NCBI GenBank assembly: GCA_964016885.1
Contig: OZ024742.1
Location: 349,680,001 to 349,744,000, forward strand
Reading direction: 5' to 3'
DNA: 64,000 nucleotides
DNA from: Eledone cirrhosa
Taxonomy: Eukaryota
Shown piece by piece: positions 1 through 11,945 of the stretch. Position 1 is the first letter of the stretch. Each line of letters starts with the position of its first letter. Both the position numbers and the translations under genes were made by a program. The notes under the pieces were generated by a model. The model made no database searches, was not told where the DNA came from, and saw nothing but the letters and a program-made list of their open reading frames with translations.

Positions 1-1
1 G

Positions 2-2533
2 CGGGTGTTGACAACAGATGGACCGCCTGACCATCGGAGCACGTCCCTTCCACAAAAAGCGAAAGAGCAAACGCTCCAGCGCAGTCAGGCGAGGCTTAGG
101 ACAAGGTACGACGGTTAGGCGGTAGCAGATGACAGACGCGATGTACGCGTTAGCCACCTCCGCTCGACCTTTCAGGGATAGCTTCCTCTCCGCCCATTTC
201 TGGGTGAGAGAAGCCACCCTGCTCGTCACCTCGTCCCAGTTTTTGTCCGTCTGGAGGTCCGGACCGAACCAGACCCCTAGCAATTTAACCGGTCCGTCCG
301 TCCAGCGCCCGACGACGCTGTTGGACGGCATGGACCTGCCTCTCCAGGTGCCGAGCTGCAGGCCCACTGACTTTTCCTGGTTGATCATTGCTCCTGTCAC
401 CGCTTCGTATTCTCTTAGTGTAGTGCCGATCGCCTCGATGTGTTTGGCGTTCGACACCACTACGGTGACATCGTCCGCATATGCTGACACGGATCTTCCG
501 CATCCTAGTTCGCGCGGGACTCCCCTCAACGTCTCCAGTTTGTGCAGTAATGGCTCGAGAGTCAATACGTACAAGAGGGACGAGAGGGGACATCCTTGGC
601 GGACCGAGCGCATGATGTTGAACGGTTCCGACAGGTGACCGTTCACTCTCACCACAGAGCAGATGTCGCTGTGCATGGCAGCGATCCAGCCTCTGAAGAC
701 GGGCCCAAAGCCAGCCGCCCTCAGGACTGCCGCTAGGTAACGATGGTCGACCCTATCGAAAGCTTTCGACTGATCTAAATTGATCAAGGACCCACCCGTG
801 CCAGGTTCCCTAGCTACCCTCTCTACGATGTATCGCATGAGGTGGAGGTTGTCGTGGATGGATCTGTCGGGAATGGCGCATGTCTGCGCCTCTCCCACCA
901 GACCACCAACGACAAGCGCCAACCTCTTTGCTAGCACCTTGGCCAAAATCTTAAACTCTGTGTTTAGCAGAGTTATGGGCCGGAAATTGTCTATGTTATC
1001 CCCCTTGTTCGGATCCTTTCTCAGCAGTGCCACCGCTCCTCGGCTCACAGAACTGGGAATTCTCCCGTTCTGTTGCCAGTTGCAGTAGACGTCCGCCAAG
1101 AGGCCTCCGAACAAGTCTGGCATCTGTACGTAAAGTTCATAGGGCAGACCATCCAAACCAGGCGATTTACCCCTTGTGCAGCCAGTCATTGCCTCCCTTA
1201 CTTCAGCGGCTGTTATCGGCTTTTCGCAACACTTCGCCTCAGTGGCCGAGAGCCGCGGCAGTCCGTCGAGGTAGACACTAAAGTCCATCCCTCTACCCGG
1301 CCCCCCGCTGCCCCCGAACAGCTGAGCGAAGTGTCGCTGAAAAGCTTCACACATTTGCCCGGGATCGAGTAGCATGCGCCCGTCGTGGTCCACCAAAGAC
1401 CGGATCGTGGCTTTGTTGCCACGACGCGCCTCCGCCACTCGGGCCCATTGAACGGCTTTCGTCCCCTCGTGTCTGAGAGCACGCACCCTAGCTCTGACAA
1501 CGCAGCCTTCGTGCTTTGCATTGAAGAATTGGTCAAGGGCCAATTTCGCCGCAAGCACGTCGGTCGCAATGCCTTTGCTAAGCGCCTCGTCTAATTTTCT
1601 AACTAGTTCTCCCTCTGCTCTATTTTTCTCTATTGCTAAAGCCTTACTAAACCTAATCGATTCTATTCTAATCGCTCTTTTCAGAGCAAACCACCACTTG
1701 TTGTTGACGATGGCCCCCGTCAACGCCCGCTTAACTAGTTCGCTAATCCGGTCTCTGTAGGCCTTGCGCGCTGGTAAGGACGCGTTTAGCTTCCAGTAGC
1801 CGGGTCCTCGTCTATGAAGCCTATCTAAGTCAAGCACACAGATCACGAATTTGTGGTCCGTGTAGCTGACTATCTTGAATTGTGGACAGCCTATGCTAGA
1901 CCTATCTATTTCCCTACAAAATACTCTATCTAGATATGATCTGGATGACCCTATGCGGTTTGTCCAAGTCCACATTGGCACATTCGGGAAATCCAATCGG
2001 TACCTGTCAGACAGTTCAAAACGCCTGAGCAGGTTGGTGAGGCTCTTGCACCCTCCACCCCTATCCGCTAATCCCACACAGTCCCAGCGTGCATCTAAGA
2101 TCCCGTTCCAGTCGCCCACTAACACTAAAGAGCGCGACGTTCCAAGAAAGGTCTCCAGACGCCGGAAGAAATCAGGCCGCCCTGCTCCTGTCGGGGCATA
2201 GACGGCCACTAGCCTGAAAGCTTGCCCGTCTCCGCTGGTCACGTCCAGCACCACCAGCTTACCCTCTGGGTCCAGGAAGATGGCCCGTATGGCGAGATCC
2301 AAACCTCTCCGAAAAAGCACAGCAACTCCTCCACCCGATCCAGGACGGCTGGGAGATGCGTACACATCGTAGCCGCCGAAGATCGGTGCGAAGGCCCGTG
2401 CTTCGGAGATTCTGGTCTCGCTGATGGCCACTACATCTATGTTTAGTGACCTGAGGTCGTTGAGCAGGTGACCCTGCTTCCATGACGACCCCAAGCCACG
2501 CGCATTTATGCTGCCTATTCTGAGTGAGGTCAT
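2..2533 (-). CDS. Tx1 ORF2 (APE endonuclease + reverse transcriptase), open to window edge
   Basis: ATG at 2533 (MTSLRIGSINARGL...); same frame reads MVRRSICCQHP at 34-2; APE motifs (VYAP, GDWN, LDR, TDH) and RT motifs (DQSKAFDRV, RQGCPLS, YADD). The ORF track lists no stop-terminated minus ORF in this frame, consistent with no internal stop. Confidence 0.85.
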   Translation of the reverse strand, partial: MTSLRIGSINARGLGSSWKQGHLLNDLRSLNIDVVAISETRISEARAFAPIFGGYDVYASPSRPGSGGGVAVLFRRGLDLAIRAIFLDPEGKLVVLDVTSGDGQAFRLVAVYAPTGAGRPDFFRRLETFLGTSRSLVLVGDWNGILDARWDCVGLADRGGGCKSLTNLLRRFELSDRYRLDFPNVPMWTWTNRIGSSRSYLDRVFCREIDRSSIGCPQFKIVSYTDHKFVICVLDLDRLHRRGPGYWKLNASLPARKAYRDRISELVKRALTGAIVNNKWWFALKRAIRIESIRFSKALAIEKNRAEGELVRKLDEALSKGIATDVLAAKLALDQFFNAKHEGCVVRARVRALRHEGTKAVQWARVAEARRGNKATIRSLVDHDGRMLLDPGQMCEAFQRHFAQLFGGSGGPGRGMDFSVYLDGLPRLSATEAKCCEKPITAAEVREAMTGCTRGKSPGLDGLPYELYVQMPDLFGGLLADVYCNWQQNGRIPSSVSRGAVALLRKDPNKGDNIDNFRPITLLNTEFKILAKVLAKRLALVVGGLVGEAQTCAIPDRSIHDNLHLMRYIVERVAREPGTGGSLINLDQSKAFDRVDHRYLAAVLRAAGFGPVFRGWIAAMHSDICSVVRVNGHLSEPFNIMRSVRQGCPLSSLLYVLTLEPLLHKLETLRGVPRELGCGRSVSAYADDVTVVVSNAKHIEAIGTTLREYEAVTGAMINQEKSVGLQLGTWRGRSMPSNSVVGRWTDGPVKLLGVWFGPDLQTDKNWDEVTSRVASLTQKWAERKLSLKGRAEVANAYIASVICYRLTVVPCPKPRLTALERLLFRFLWKGRAPMVRRSICCQHP

Positions 2534-2568
2534 GTTTAAAATAGAGTGGAAAAGATGGGAAAGACCAC

Positions 2569-4700
2569 TTACCGTATTTTTGGTAGAGGAGGGATGGTTT
2601 TTACATCCCTTTTCACTTGATCGTCTGGTGAAGGGACCGTTGAATCGTCCCTTCGGCTGGTCGTCGGCTCTTCTAAGAGAATGTCTGAATATACTCTTCG
2701 ATTAATGGTTCCTCCTAGGTCCCTGAAATCACCAACTGCGTTGGGGAATTTCGTTTTAATGTTTGTGTATTGTTTCTGTGCTATTTTTAGCAGTCTTATG
2801 TTAGTTGGCGTTTTGATTGGTGCTGGTATTATGTAGTCCTGTTGTGAAATGTCTGTGTGTTCAATTATGTAAGTCATTAGTTTCTTGTTGTGTGTGTTTA
2901 TTGCCGTGCATTTGTTTTTCTGGGGGTGGGGTGTGGTTCTGCTATTTTCTTGTCGTTGTTGCTGGGTGTGTGTGTTTTGTTGTTGTGTTTGCGATGTTGG
3001 TGCTTGTGGTGGTGGTGTTGAAGGTGTTGTTGGCGGTGGGGTTGTCGCCGGTGGTGATGGTGGTGCTGGTGTGGGTGGTGATGGTGTTGGTGGTGTTGCT
3101 GCTGTGGGTCTCTTTGCAGTAGACTTTACCCTTTTCTCATTTCTTTCCTCCCTTTTCAAAGGCGACGATGCGCTGCTTCTGCGTTTGTGCCTTCTTGAGA
3201 CCTTTTGCCATCCCTCTCCCACCTCACACTCCATGTCTGATTCTGTAAGGTCGGGGAGGGGTACCAGCTCCACTCTTTCACTTGTTGTTGTTGGTGATGT
3301 TTGCACTGGAGTCTCTGTTGCAGCTGCATTTGGTATTGCTGTTGTTGTTGTTAATATTTCCACTGCTGCTGCTGTCTTTGATTTCCGTGGAGTGGGTATG
3401 GGTGCCACGGACCTATCGTTCCTGGTTGCCGCTTGTCCTGTTGCTGGTAGCCGTGGAACCGGATTCGGGAGGAGGGGGGTTTTCTCCTTTCTCAGGGTCT
3501 TCTCGTTGCAGAAGGCCCTGAGGTGAGTCTTCGATCCACAGCGAAAGCATTTCGGGCGTTTGCCCTCAACACTTATGGGCAGTTGAGTGCCGTTATCGAA
3601 GTCTATCACATCCGGGATAGCTTCGATGCACTCCTGGTTGGTTTGGATTAGCATCTCAATGGAGGAGCCGACCCAATCTTCTCTTACTTTTTTCTGTACT
3701 TGCAGTACAGTTGTTTTGTCCTCGATTCCGACGAGGACAGACGCGGCCAGCCAAGAAGGGGTCATTCCGGGGGGGACGTGGGTCAGTTTGACCCTCACAA
3801 TTTTTTGCCCGCAGTAGGAGGGCACCAACACCATTTCCTCGCTCCTTAGGGTCACTACTGATTGGGCCTTTGCCTCCTGGGTGTGGCAAAAAGTACGTCT
3901 ACGGTGGCGTATTTTTTGCCTCGGGTGATGTGCGTTTTCCTCTGCCACACAGACCCCAAGGCTTTTTGTATTTGGGCCTCTGTGGCTCTTTCCACCCTAC
4001 GGGATTTTGTACTTACTGTACGGTACGTGACCGTACAGTGCTCTTGGGTTTCGAAAAAATTTTTCGCTGCCTTGCAGATTGCTCGGTGTCCGTTCTTTGT
4101 CACCATCTTCTTCGCTTCCTCTAATTCCTCATTTGTTATGAGGATTGTTTCCAGGTTTTTCGCAATACCTGCAAATGAGATTGGTTTTTCTCTGCTGTTG
4201 TTGTTGTCGTCAGAGCTGCTGGTACTTTTGTTGTTGCTGCAGGTACTACGACTACTGCCTCCGCCGCTGTTGCTGTGGTTGTTGTTGGTGTTGCTGCTGC
4301 TAATGCTGTTGTTGTTTATGCTGCTGGTGATGCTGTTGCGGCTGCTACTGTTGTTTTCATTGTCACTGTTGCTGTTGTTATTACGGCTGCTACTGCTATT
4401 ATTCCTGACGTCAGACGAATGAACTGGGTTTTCGTATTTCCCGCACACCTGTTTCGTCGCTGTCGTCGTCGTCGTGGAGAAACCTTGCACGCTTTGCACG
4501 AGACTTTTCTTTTCTTTCGTCGCTTGCGAAAGAGAAGGGAGGGAGAGAGACACATTTAAAGAAGGGAGGGAGAGAGACAATCTTCTCTCTCCTGTAGTGA
4601 TGATTGAGGAAGAAGAAGACGGAATGAGTGGGAGTGACGTATGAAATTTTTTTTTTTTGGTAGCCATGTTTTTTTGTTTAAAATGAAATTTTGGGTACAA
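2569..4700 (-). pseudogene. Tx1 ORF1 (gag-like, CCHC zinc knuckle), split by one frameshift near 3880
   Basis: ORFs 3855-4700 and 2569-3948 overlap in different frames; CFRCGSKTHLRAFC knuckle; homologous to ORF1 of copies B/C. Confidence 0.85.
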
Positions 4701-4880
4701 AACCCCAATAACTGGCTATTTAACCCCGAAGGGCCAAATAACGGACAGAAAGACCCCTCTCACGAGGAGGAGGGTGTCTTTATCAACAATTTGGTTCAAG
4801 TTTTAAACAATTTACAATTGTTTTAACGGTTAAAAATTACTATACCTTACAGAGCCGAGCCTCCGTCAACCATGGCATTC

Positions 4881-4906
4881 AATAATAATAATAATAATAA
4901 TAATAA

Positions 4907-4937
<31 letters not shown>

Positions 4938-5030
4938 AGGAAGTAGAAGAAGATGAAGAAGAAGAAGAAGAAGAAGAAGTAGAAGAAGAAGAAGAAGAAG
5001 AAGAAGAAGAAGAAGAAGAAGAAGAAGAGT
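4881..5030. repeat. (AAT)n followed by (GAA)n microsatellite
   Basis: Direct reading. Confidence 0.95.
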
Positions 5031-6019
5031 CGATGATGGAAACAATAAAAAGAGTTAAGAAGACAGAAGATGAAGGAGAAAAATATAGTGATAAGAAAAA
5101 CACACACACATACACACACACGCTCGCACTCACACACATACACACACATACACACATACACACAAACACACACATACACACACACATACATTCATACACA
5201 CATACACACGTCACACACACACAAAAAAAAACTTTGATGAAATGGATGGTGACAAAGAAAACAGCGAAAATATGGATAAAGTCATGACCCCCCTCCCCCC
5301 CCGAAAAAAAAATGGAGATTTATTTCGATGTCTTAGCAAATCAATCTCGTCTGAAAATGCCTGAATTTGACCAAGCAATTAGAAATATCGGTGAAGATGT
5401 AGGATTTTCCACATGAAACATCACAAAGACATAAATGTCATAGCAACCAGTTTTGTTGCCAAACTTATCTTCACGAAACTTAGGTTTAATCGATCAGTTA
5501 AATCCGGTCAAATCGAAGTCATAGTAGTCCAATATTTACCTTTCCTTTCGAATCACAAAAAAACTATTTTTAAGAAGGACGCCAACTTTCTCGAGGAAAC
5601 TGCTCACTAATTAAGAATTTATGCTGTAGCCAACATAAATAAAGAACCTCCGAATTACCCTAAAACAGACATATCTGTATTGCTAATGTGGCGCTAGCTA
5701 TAAGTAATCTTGGTGATAAGCTCGTTTACATAGAGAAAACTCCATCGACTCTTCACCAAAGGAGAGGCAATGATGGAATTATAATATTGTTTAACCTCAC
5801 AGCATAATGTAGATGTAAACTTTGAATACAGACAGGAAGTTCAAAGTTCTAGTTAGGCCACACTTCCTTTTGACATACAATACAATAAACTATTCAATAT
5901 ATACAACATTAAAATTAGTTATTCTTAAACCATTACCTCAGACCACTCACTGTAATGGAAAACATACATCTATATAGTCGCTATACAATCAACCAGCTTA
6001 ATAACAGTCAAAGTTTATC

Positions 6020-6200
6020 TACATACCTACCTAGGGACTACATGACAACCTAGAGACTATATATATCTACCTAGGGACTACATGACAACCTAGGGACTAT
6101 ATACCTACCTAGGGACTATATACCCACCTAGAGACTATATACCAACCTAGGGATTATATACCTACCTAGGGACTACATACCTACCAAAGGAATTATATAC
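6020..6200. repeat. ~19-21 bp minisatellite (tacatacctacctagggac-like)
   Basis: Repeated acctagggacta units. Confidence 0.8.
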
Positions 6201-6839
6201 AATACACCTATAACACTCTTTGACAGCACTGGAAACAATTACACGAGTTGTTACCATTAGCAACTTCATTCTTTTAGGTAAAGGTAAAACTCTACTTCTT
6301 TGTCCAATTTTATCTGGAAACTCAAAGACCAGAACTTTAAATTCTCTCCGATTAACTTACTCGGAGCTTTTTCAACAAAGTTACACCAGACTTTAAAGAA
6401 TCATGAAATTACCAATTTTACCTCACTGTGAAGATCAAGATATCGAAAGAGTTTGCAATATCCCTCAATAGGAGATTCGAAATTTTGTCTTAGTGCCGTA
6501 ATTAGAAGAGGTTTCTTCTGACCAATTTCCAGGCATGTACAAGATCTTGCAACATAACTTTATAGACTTCAAATCTGTTAAACCTTGATGAAAAGTTTCC
6601 TATGACAACCAGAGACCAGGGTAAGCCCTTTACGTTACAGTGGTTGAGTTACGTTTTCATTTTCAGAATCTTCGAACGTATGATTTGCTTTGACAAATAC
6701 CAACCCCTTCACCATTGTTTGCATGATCATATGTATATTTTCTGTGACAATTCGAATAACATGATAGTGAATCACCAACTGTTAATCAATAAATAAAAGC
6801 GCTGCATCATCAATTGCGTATCGATTTCTTTGTTTTGTT

Positions 6840-7585
6840 TGCACACATACATACAAATGTACACATACACACAAATGTACACATACACACAAATGTACAT
6901 ATACACACAAATGTACACATACATACAAATGTACACATACACACAAATGTACACATACACACAAATGTACACATACATACAAATGTACACATACATACAA
7001 ATGTACACATACACACAAATGCACACATACACACAAATGTACACATACACACAAATGTACACATACACACAAATGTACACATACACGCAAATGTACACAT
7101 ACACACAAATGCACACACACAAACACATAAATACACACAAATGCACACATACACACAAATGCACACATGCACACAAATGCAAACAAATGCACACGTACAC
7201 ACAAATGCACACATACACACACACAAATGCACACACACACAAATGTACACATACACACAAATGTACAGATACACACATACACACACACAAATGCACACAT
7301 ACACACACACAAATTCACAGAGACAAATGCGCACATACACACAAATACACACACACACACATACACATATACACACACATACACATATACACACAGATGC
7401 GCACATACACACAAATGCGCACATACACACAAATGTACACATACACACAAATGTACACATACACACACATGCACATCTACACACATACACACAAATGCAA
7501 ACATACACACAACTGCACACATACACACAAATACACACTTACACACAAATGCACACATACACACAAATGCACACATACACACGCA
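6840..7585. repeat. 18-bp minisatellite (aaatgtacacatacacac)n, degenerating
   Basis: Direct reading. Confidence 0.9.
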
Positions 7586-9483
7586 TATAAAGGGCTTCTG
7601 CAGAGTTTCCGCATATCAAACACTATACACAACGCATTGACAAACATCACTCTACAGTGGAAGATAATTCTCAAAAGCCTCGCGCTTTGGAATGGGATAA
7701 AACATAAAACCATGCAGTTGAGAAACTATTCTTAACTACAGACCCATGCTTTACTCCATAAATTTACCTCAGAATATGCCAGCACACAGCTCTTTAAAAA
7801 AAAGCTGCACTTTTTCTTACTGCTGACTTTTCAAACTCACTCAAAAAGAAACCAATATTTTACTTGAGTTCTAGCAGTGACGTAGCCGCCATAATAAATT
7901 GGTTGTTTTTTGGCAGAGAAAATTAGAATGTTTGGTTCTTTACTTCAGTGTTTTCAATTCAAATACACTTACGGTCAACTTCATTTCTCATTCTTCAGAA
8001 ATTTGATTCATATTAAATATAAATTACGTAATATTGTATCAACTGTCCACAGCCTTTAACAGAAATTGGCCTTATGCCTACGTAAGAAATCAATATTTTC
8101 ATAAACAGAAGGCTGTTTTAATTTTAGGCTAGTCTTTGATGGTCTACATAACAAACACAAACAAACAAACAAATGAATACACTAAAATAAATAAAACGTG
8201 AAAAAGTAAATAGAATATATAAATAAAGAAAAGCTAATTTTCACCTGTTCAAACACACAGCAAAGTAAGAGTAGATTAATTATATTTATCGATTGCTTTA
8301 ATGTGGCCAATATTTGCAAAATACAATTAAGCACGCGCCGGTTGCGCTTTGCATTGATTTTATATCAGAAACTAATCGTCTACTAAAGTTCCTAATATCT
8401 GAATATAAGTCACTCTAATTGCAAGACTTCAAGTATTAATGGCTTCCTTGCCACTGATTACTCCAACACCGAGTGATATACCTATTTAGAGAAGATTAAC
8501 AGAAATAATTGCATCTCATTACTCTTTGTACTTAACTTAATCTATCAACATTGTTTACTTCAGTAAATATTCTGCCCTCTCCTCCACCTACTTGACAAAT
8601 AAAAAGGTGATGAGTAGCATCAGATTATATTGTAATGGTTATATAACACCCCATCAAACCTGCCTCCGTCTTGACCTAAAATAATTAAGGCATCAATCTT
8701 TATTCTAGAATAATACCCCTTCATCTCGATTAGTTTACCTATAATATCTTTACGTTTGTTCTTTCTTCACCGATCAGATACTGTGAGATGCTCAACGAAA
8801 CTGTAAGCCTATAACATCTCTTATATGGTTCTATCCTTTATTTGCCACTCTTCACTATAACATTTGTTTCTCAAATACATATAATCTTAAGTATCTTCGT
8901 TAACAAATTCTTTAATGATCAAACTCTCATTTCTTAAATATATTTTTCAATATGTCTCCTCTGTTTACTAGTATATAGCAATTAAAATCTGTCCAGTTTG
9001 ACAGCCTTGCTGCTATTTCCGTGTGAGTTCATGTTGAGTTTCTGTTGCACATATGTCTTAGAAGCTCTGAGATCTGCTCTATGTGCAGTTCCACATTGTT
9101 CTACTGACTCAAGCGCGTGGGTGTCATCCATTGACCTGTATGATCTCATCTGGATAACACCCACATAAGCCATAGCTACAATCCAGTTCTGTTTTAATAC
9201 ACTAATTTCGGAAACCGACGTCCTGCGGTCAAGGTCTTCTTGCAACCTTGGTTGGGTAGCTGCTCTGTGTTATGCTTTGCTAAAGATCAGCTCGTGTTGG
9301 GTCCAAAACTGCTTATTTGAGTAGGCACAGCTGATCTTCGTATCTAAAGGCCACTCCCCTATCTGTATCCTGTAGACACAAAACCTGCTAGAAATAGCAA
9401 AAAATGTTCCTAAAATTTCACATTACCATCTTAAATAAAGGAAGACACGAGCAAATAGATACATAGATATATATAAGTCTAGT

Positions 9484-9764
9484 CTAAAGTCTCTCTCAAG
9501 CCAGGAGGCTCTTCAGAACGGTGTTTATCCTGGTTTCGTGGCGTGAAGCGACTGAAAGTACAAAACTTCCCCTGGACAGGACGCCAGTCCATCGTAGGAT
9601 TTAATCCCCAGCTATTGCTGGTACTCATTTTCAGCTGTGTATACTGGAGTAACGGGAAATGAAGTGTTTTGCTCAAGAACACGACACACAAGCCAGCCCA
9701 GTCGTTGTACTCACGACATTATGATCGTTAGACCAACATCCTTACCACTAGACCACGTGCCTCC
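9484..9764 (-). mobile_element. tRNA-derived SINE with CORE-like domain
   Basis: Minus strand: GGAGGCACGTGGTCTAGTGGTAAG A-box head, TTGAGCAAAACACTT core-like motif. Confidence 0.7.
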
Positions 9765-9895
9765 ACATAACATAAATATACACAAATATATAATGGTTAC
9801 AACTGAAACATGTGTTGGCTCAATCAGGACTGACCCGTGGCTATAGAAGAACATAAGATAAGGAAGGGCATAATCATTACAAATTACTGTAATAA

Positions 9896-10115
9896 TGATT
9901 TCTACTTTAGGCACAAGGCCAGCAATTTTGAGGTTGGGGAAAGTCGATTAAATCGATCCCAGTGTGTTACTGGTACTTTACTTTATCGACCCCGTAAGGA
10001 TGAAAGGCAAAGCTAATTTCGGCGGGATTTAAACTCAGAACGTAAAGGGCCGTAACTCAATTCCCTAAAGCATGTTGTCCAATGCTCTACCGATTACTGC
10101 CAATCCATCGCCCTT
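9896..10115 (-). mobile_element. tRNA-derived SINE type A (central GCCTTTCATCCTTACGGGGTCGATAAA domain)
   Basis: B-box-like GAGTT(C/T)AAATCCC; conserved central domain found in about 12 copies in the window; degenerate flanking repeat acaaatt.ct.taataa. Confidence 0.8.
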
Positions 10116-10129
10116 CACAAATTTCTATA

Positions 10130-10318
10130 ATAATTGTTTCTACTTTTGGCACAAGGCCAGCAATTATCCAAGTGTATTACTGGTACTTTATTTTATCGAC
10201 CACGTAAGGACGAAAGGCAAAGTTAACCTCGGCAGGATTTGAAGTCAGACATAAAAGGCCGTAACTCTTTGCTGCAAAGCATGGTGTCCGACTCTCTACC
10301 GATACTGCCAATCCACCC
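10130..10318 (-). mobile_element. SINE type A copy
   Basis: Homologous to 9896-10115. Confidence 0.8.
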
Positions 10319-11653
10319 AGTGAATTAATAACCTTGCGTTATGTTTTGATGTTATATTATACCAACGAGTATATAGATATCAACCAACACAGCATGTGAT
10401 GTATCTGTTAGCTAAACTCTATAGATATATTATATAATACAGTATAATATAGTTATTACAGTAAATAAATATCTTGCTCCTTCAGAGAGGTATGATATTT
10501 CCTAGATTCTTCCTTTCTATGTCATCACATCATAAACATCTCTTAAGGATTCCTTGACAAACGTTATGTCATTGTCATTGAGCTTTTATAGGAGAATATA
10601 AAAGTAATTTTTCGTTGCTTTCCTCCAACTATTTCTTTTTTTTACTAGTTGCCATATTGCCGGCTAGATAGAGACAAGGACGTCTAAGGCGGTGGAGCAG
10701 TGGGGTTGTAGTCTATGGTGGTGGAACTGTGGGGTTGAAGTATATGGTAGTGGTGGTGGAGCTGCGGGATCGTTAGAGCATCGGGTGGAATGGTTTGTGT
10801 TACCTGTTACGACTCATTGTGTTCTGAGTTCAAATCCCGCCGAGCTCTGCTTGGATGCATTTAGCCGATCCACTCAGTCGCAAGTGTTCGGACCAGGTCT
10901 CCGGTTTGAAGATATTATCTACTTAGTCTCTCCATAACAGACACGGACACCCCGAAAGGGGTCATAGCCAGGACATTGACCCTCAATCTGACTAAGCAAA
11001 TAAAACAAAAAGAACATAATGAGACAGATCGAGAACCGTAAACAATTTTGTCTAACAAATCCCGTCAATACATCAGTCTGAAATGAAGTTTTATTTTGTT
11101 GACCCAAGAAAGATAAAAGGTAAAGCTAACCTTGGTACTCAGGTTAGAATGTAAAAAACCGGAACAAAGATACAATACATTTTCTTCAACGCTCTAACGA
11201 TTGTAGTCTTTCTTGTGTTTTAGTCTATCATGTATATGGATATTCCATATACGAACGTTGGAAGAAGTAGTGGTTCTAGCAGGTGTGACTCTCTGATCTC
11301 TGAGCTACGCAATTTATCGAGTAACATCACACCAAAGACCCTTCGGAGAGACCCCATTTCGACCACCTTCTTATCTGATTAATGAATAAAATGAATCCAT
11401 TTAAAAATGTTTGGCGTTCTTTCTAGTATGAATCACACATACACACATACACGCTCTCTTACACATAGAGACACACACGCATACACATACAGGCACAACA
11501 CACACACACAGTTATATAGCGATGAAGGTTTGTGTTTCAAATCGAAAAAAAAAATGATCAATACATAAAGTAGAGTTTATTTTCTTCGAAGTTAATTGTT
11601 CGAACGATTAATTGAATAAACAGTAAGGGGAAACTCAGAGTAACTATTCAATA

Positions 11654-11697
<44 letters not shown>

Positions 11698-11945
11698 TTT
11701 TCTTTATTAACCACAAGGGTTTACATAAAGTAGACATTAAGGACAGTACAGGACAATACAGGACGGTACAAATGGGCATTTCTGCGTGTAAAAAAAACCC
11801 AGAAGATGTAATAAAAAAATAACAATGAAAAATTCCCCAATAGGGGGGAGACTTCCGAGGGACATTTGTGGAGAAAGCCCATGAGAAGGCCACAGTGACC
11901 CTGAACACCAGGGCAAGTGCCCTCTCCCAGTTTTCCACCTTTAAT

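Larger units (their letters stand above)
1..4880 (-). mobile_element. Tx1-clade (L1 group) non-LTR retrotransposon, copy A; 3' part lies beyond window start
   Basis: Two-ORF layout; ORF2 nearly identical to copies B/C; 5' end abuts (AAT)n starting at 4881. Confidence 0.92.

Noticed and set aside
129-2446. Plus-strand ORFs recurring in all three Tx1 copies
   Set aside because: Antisense shadows of ORF2 in near-identical copies; no independent evidence of coding
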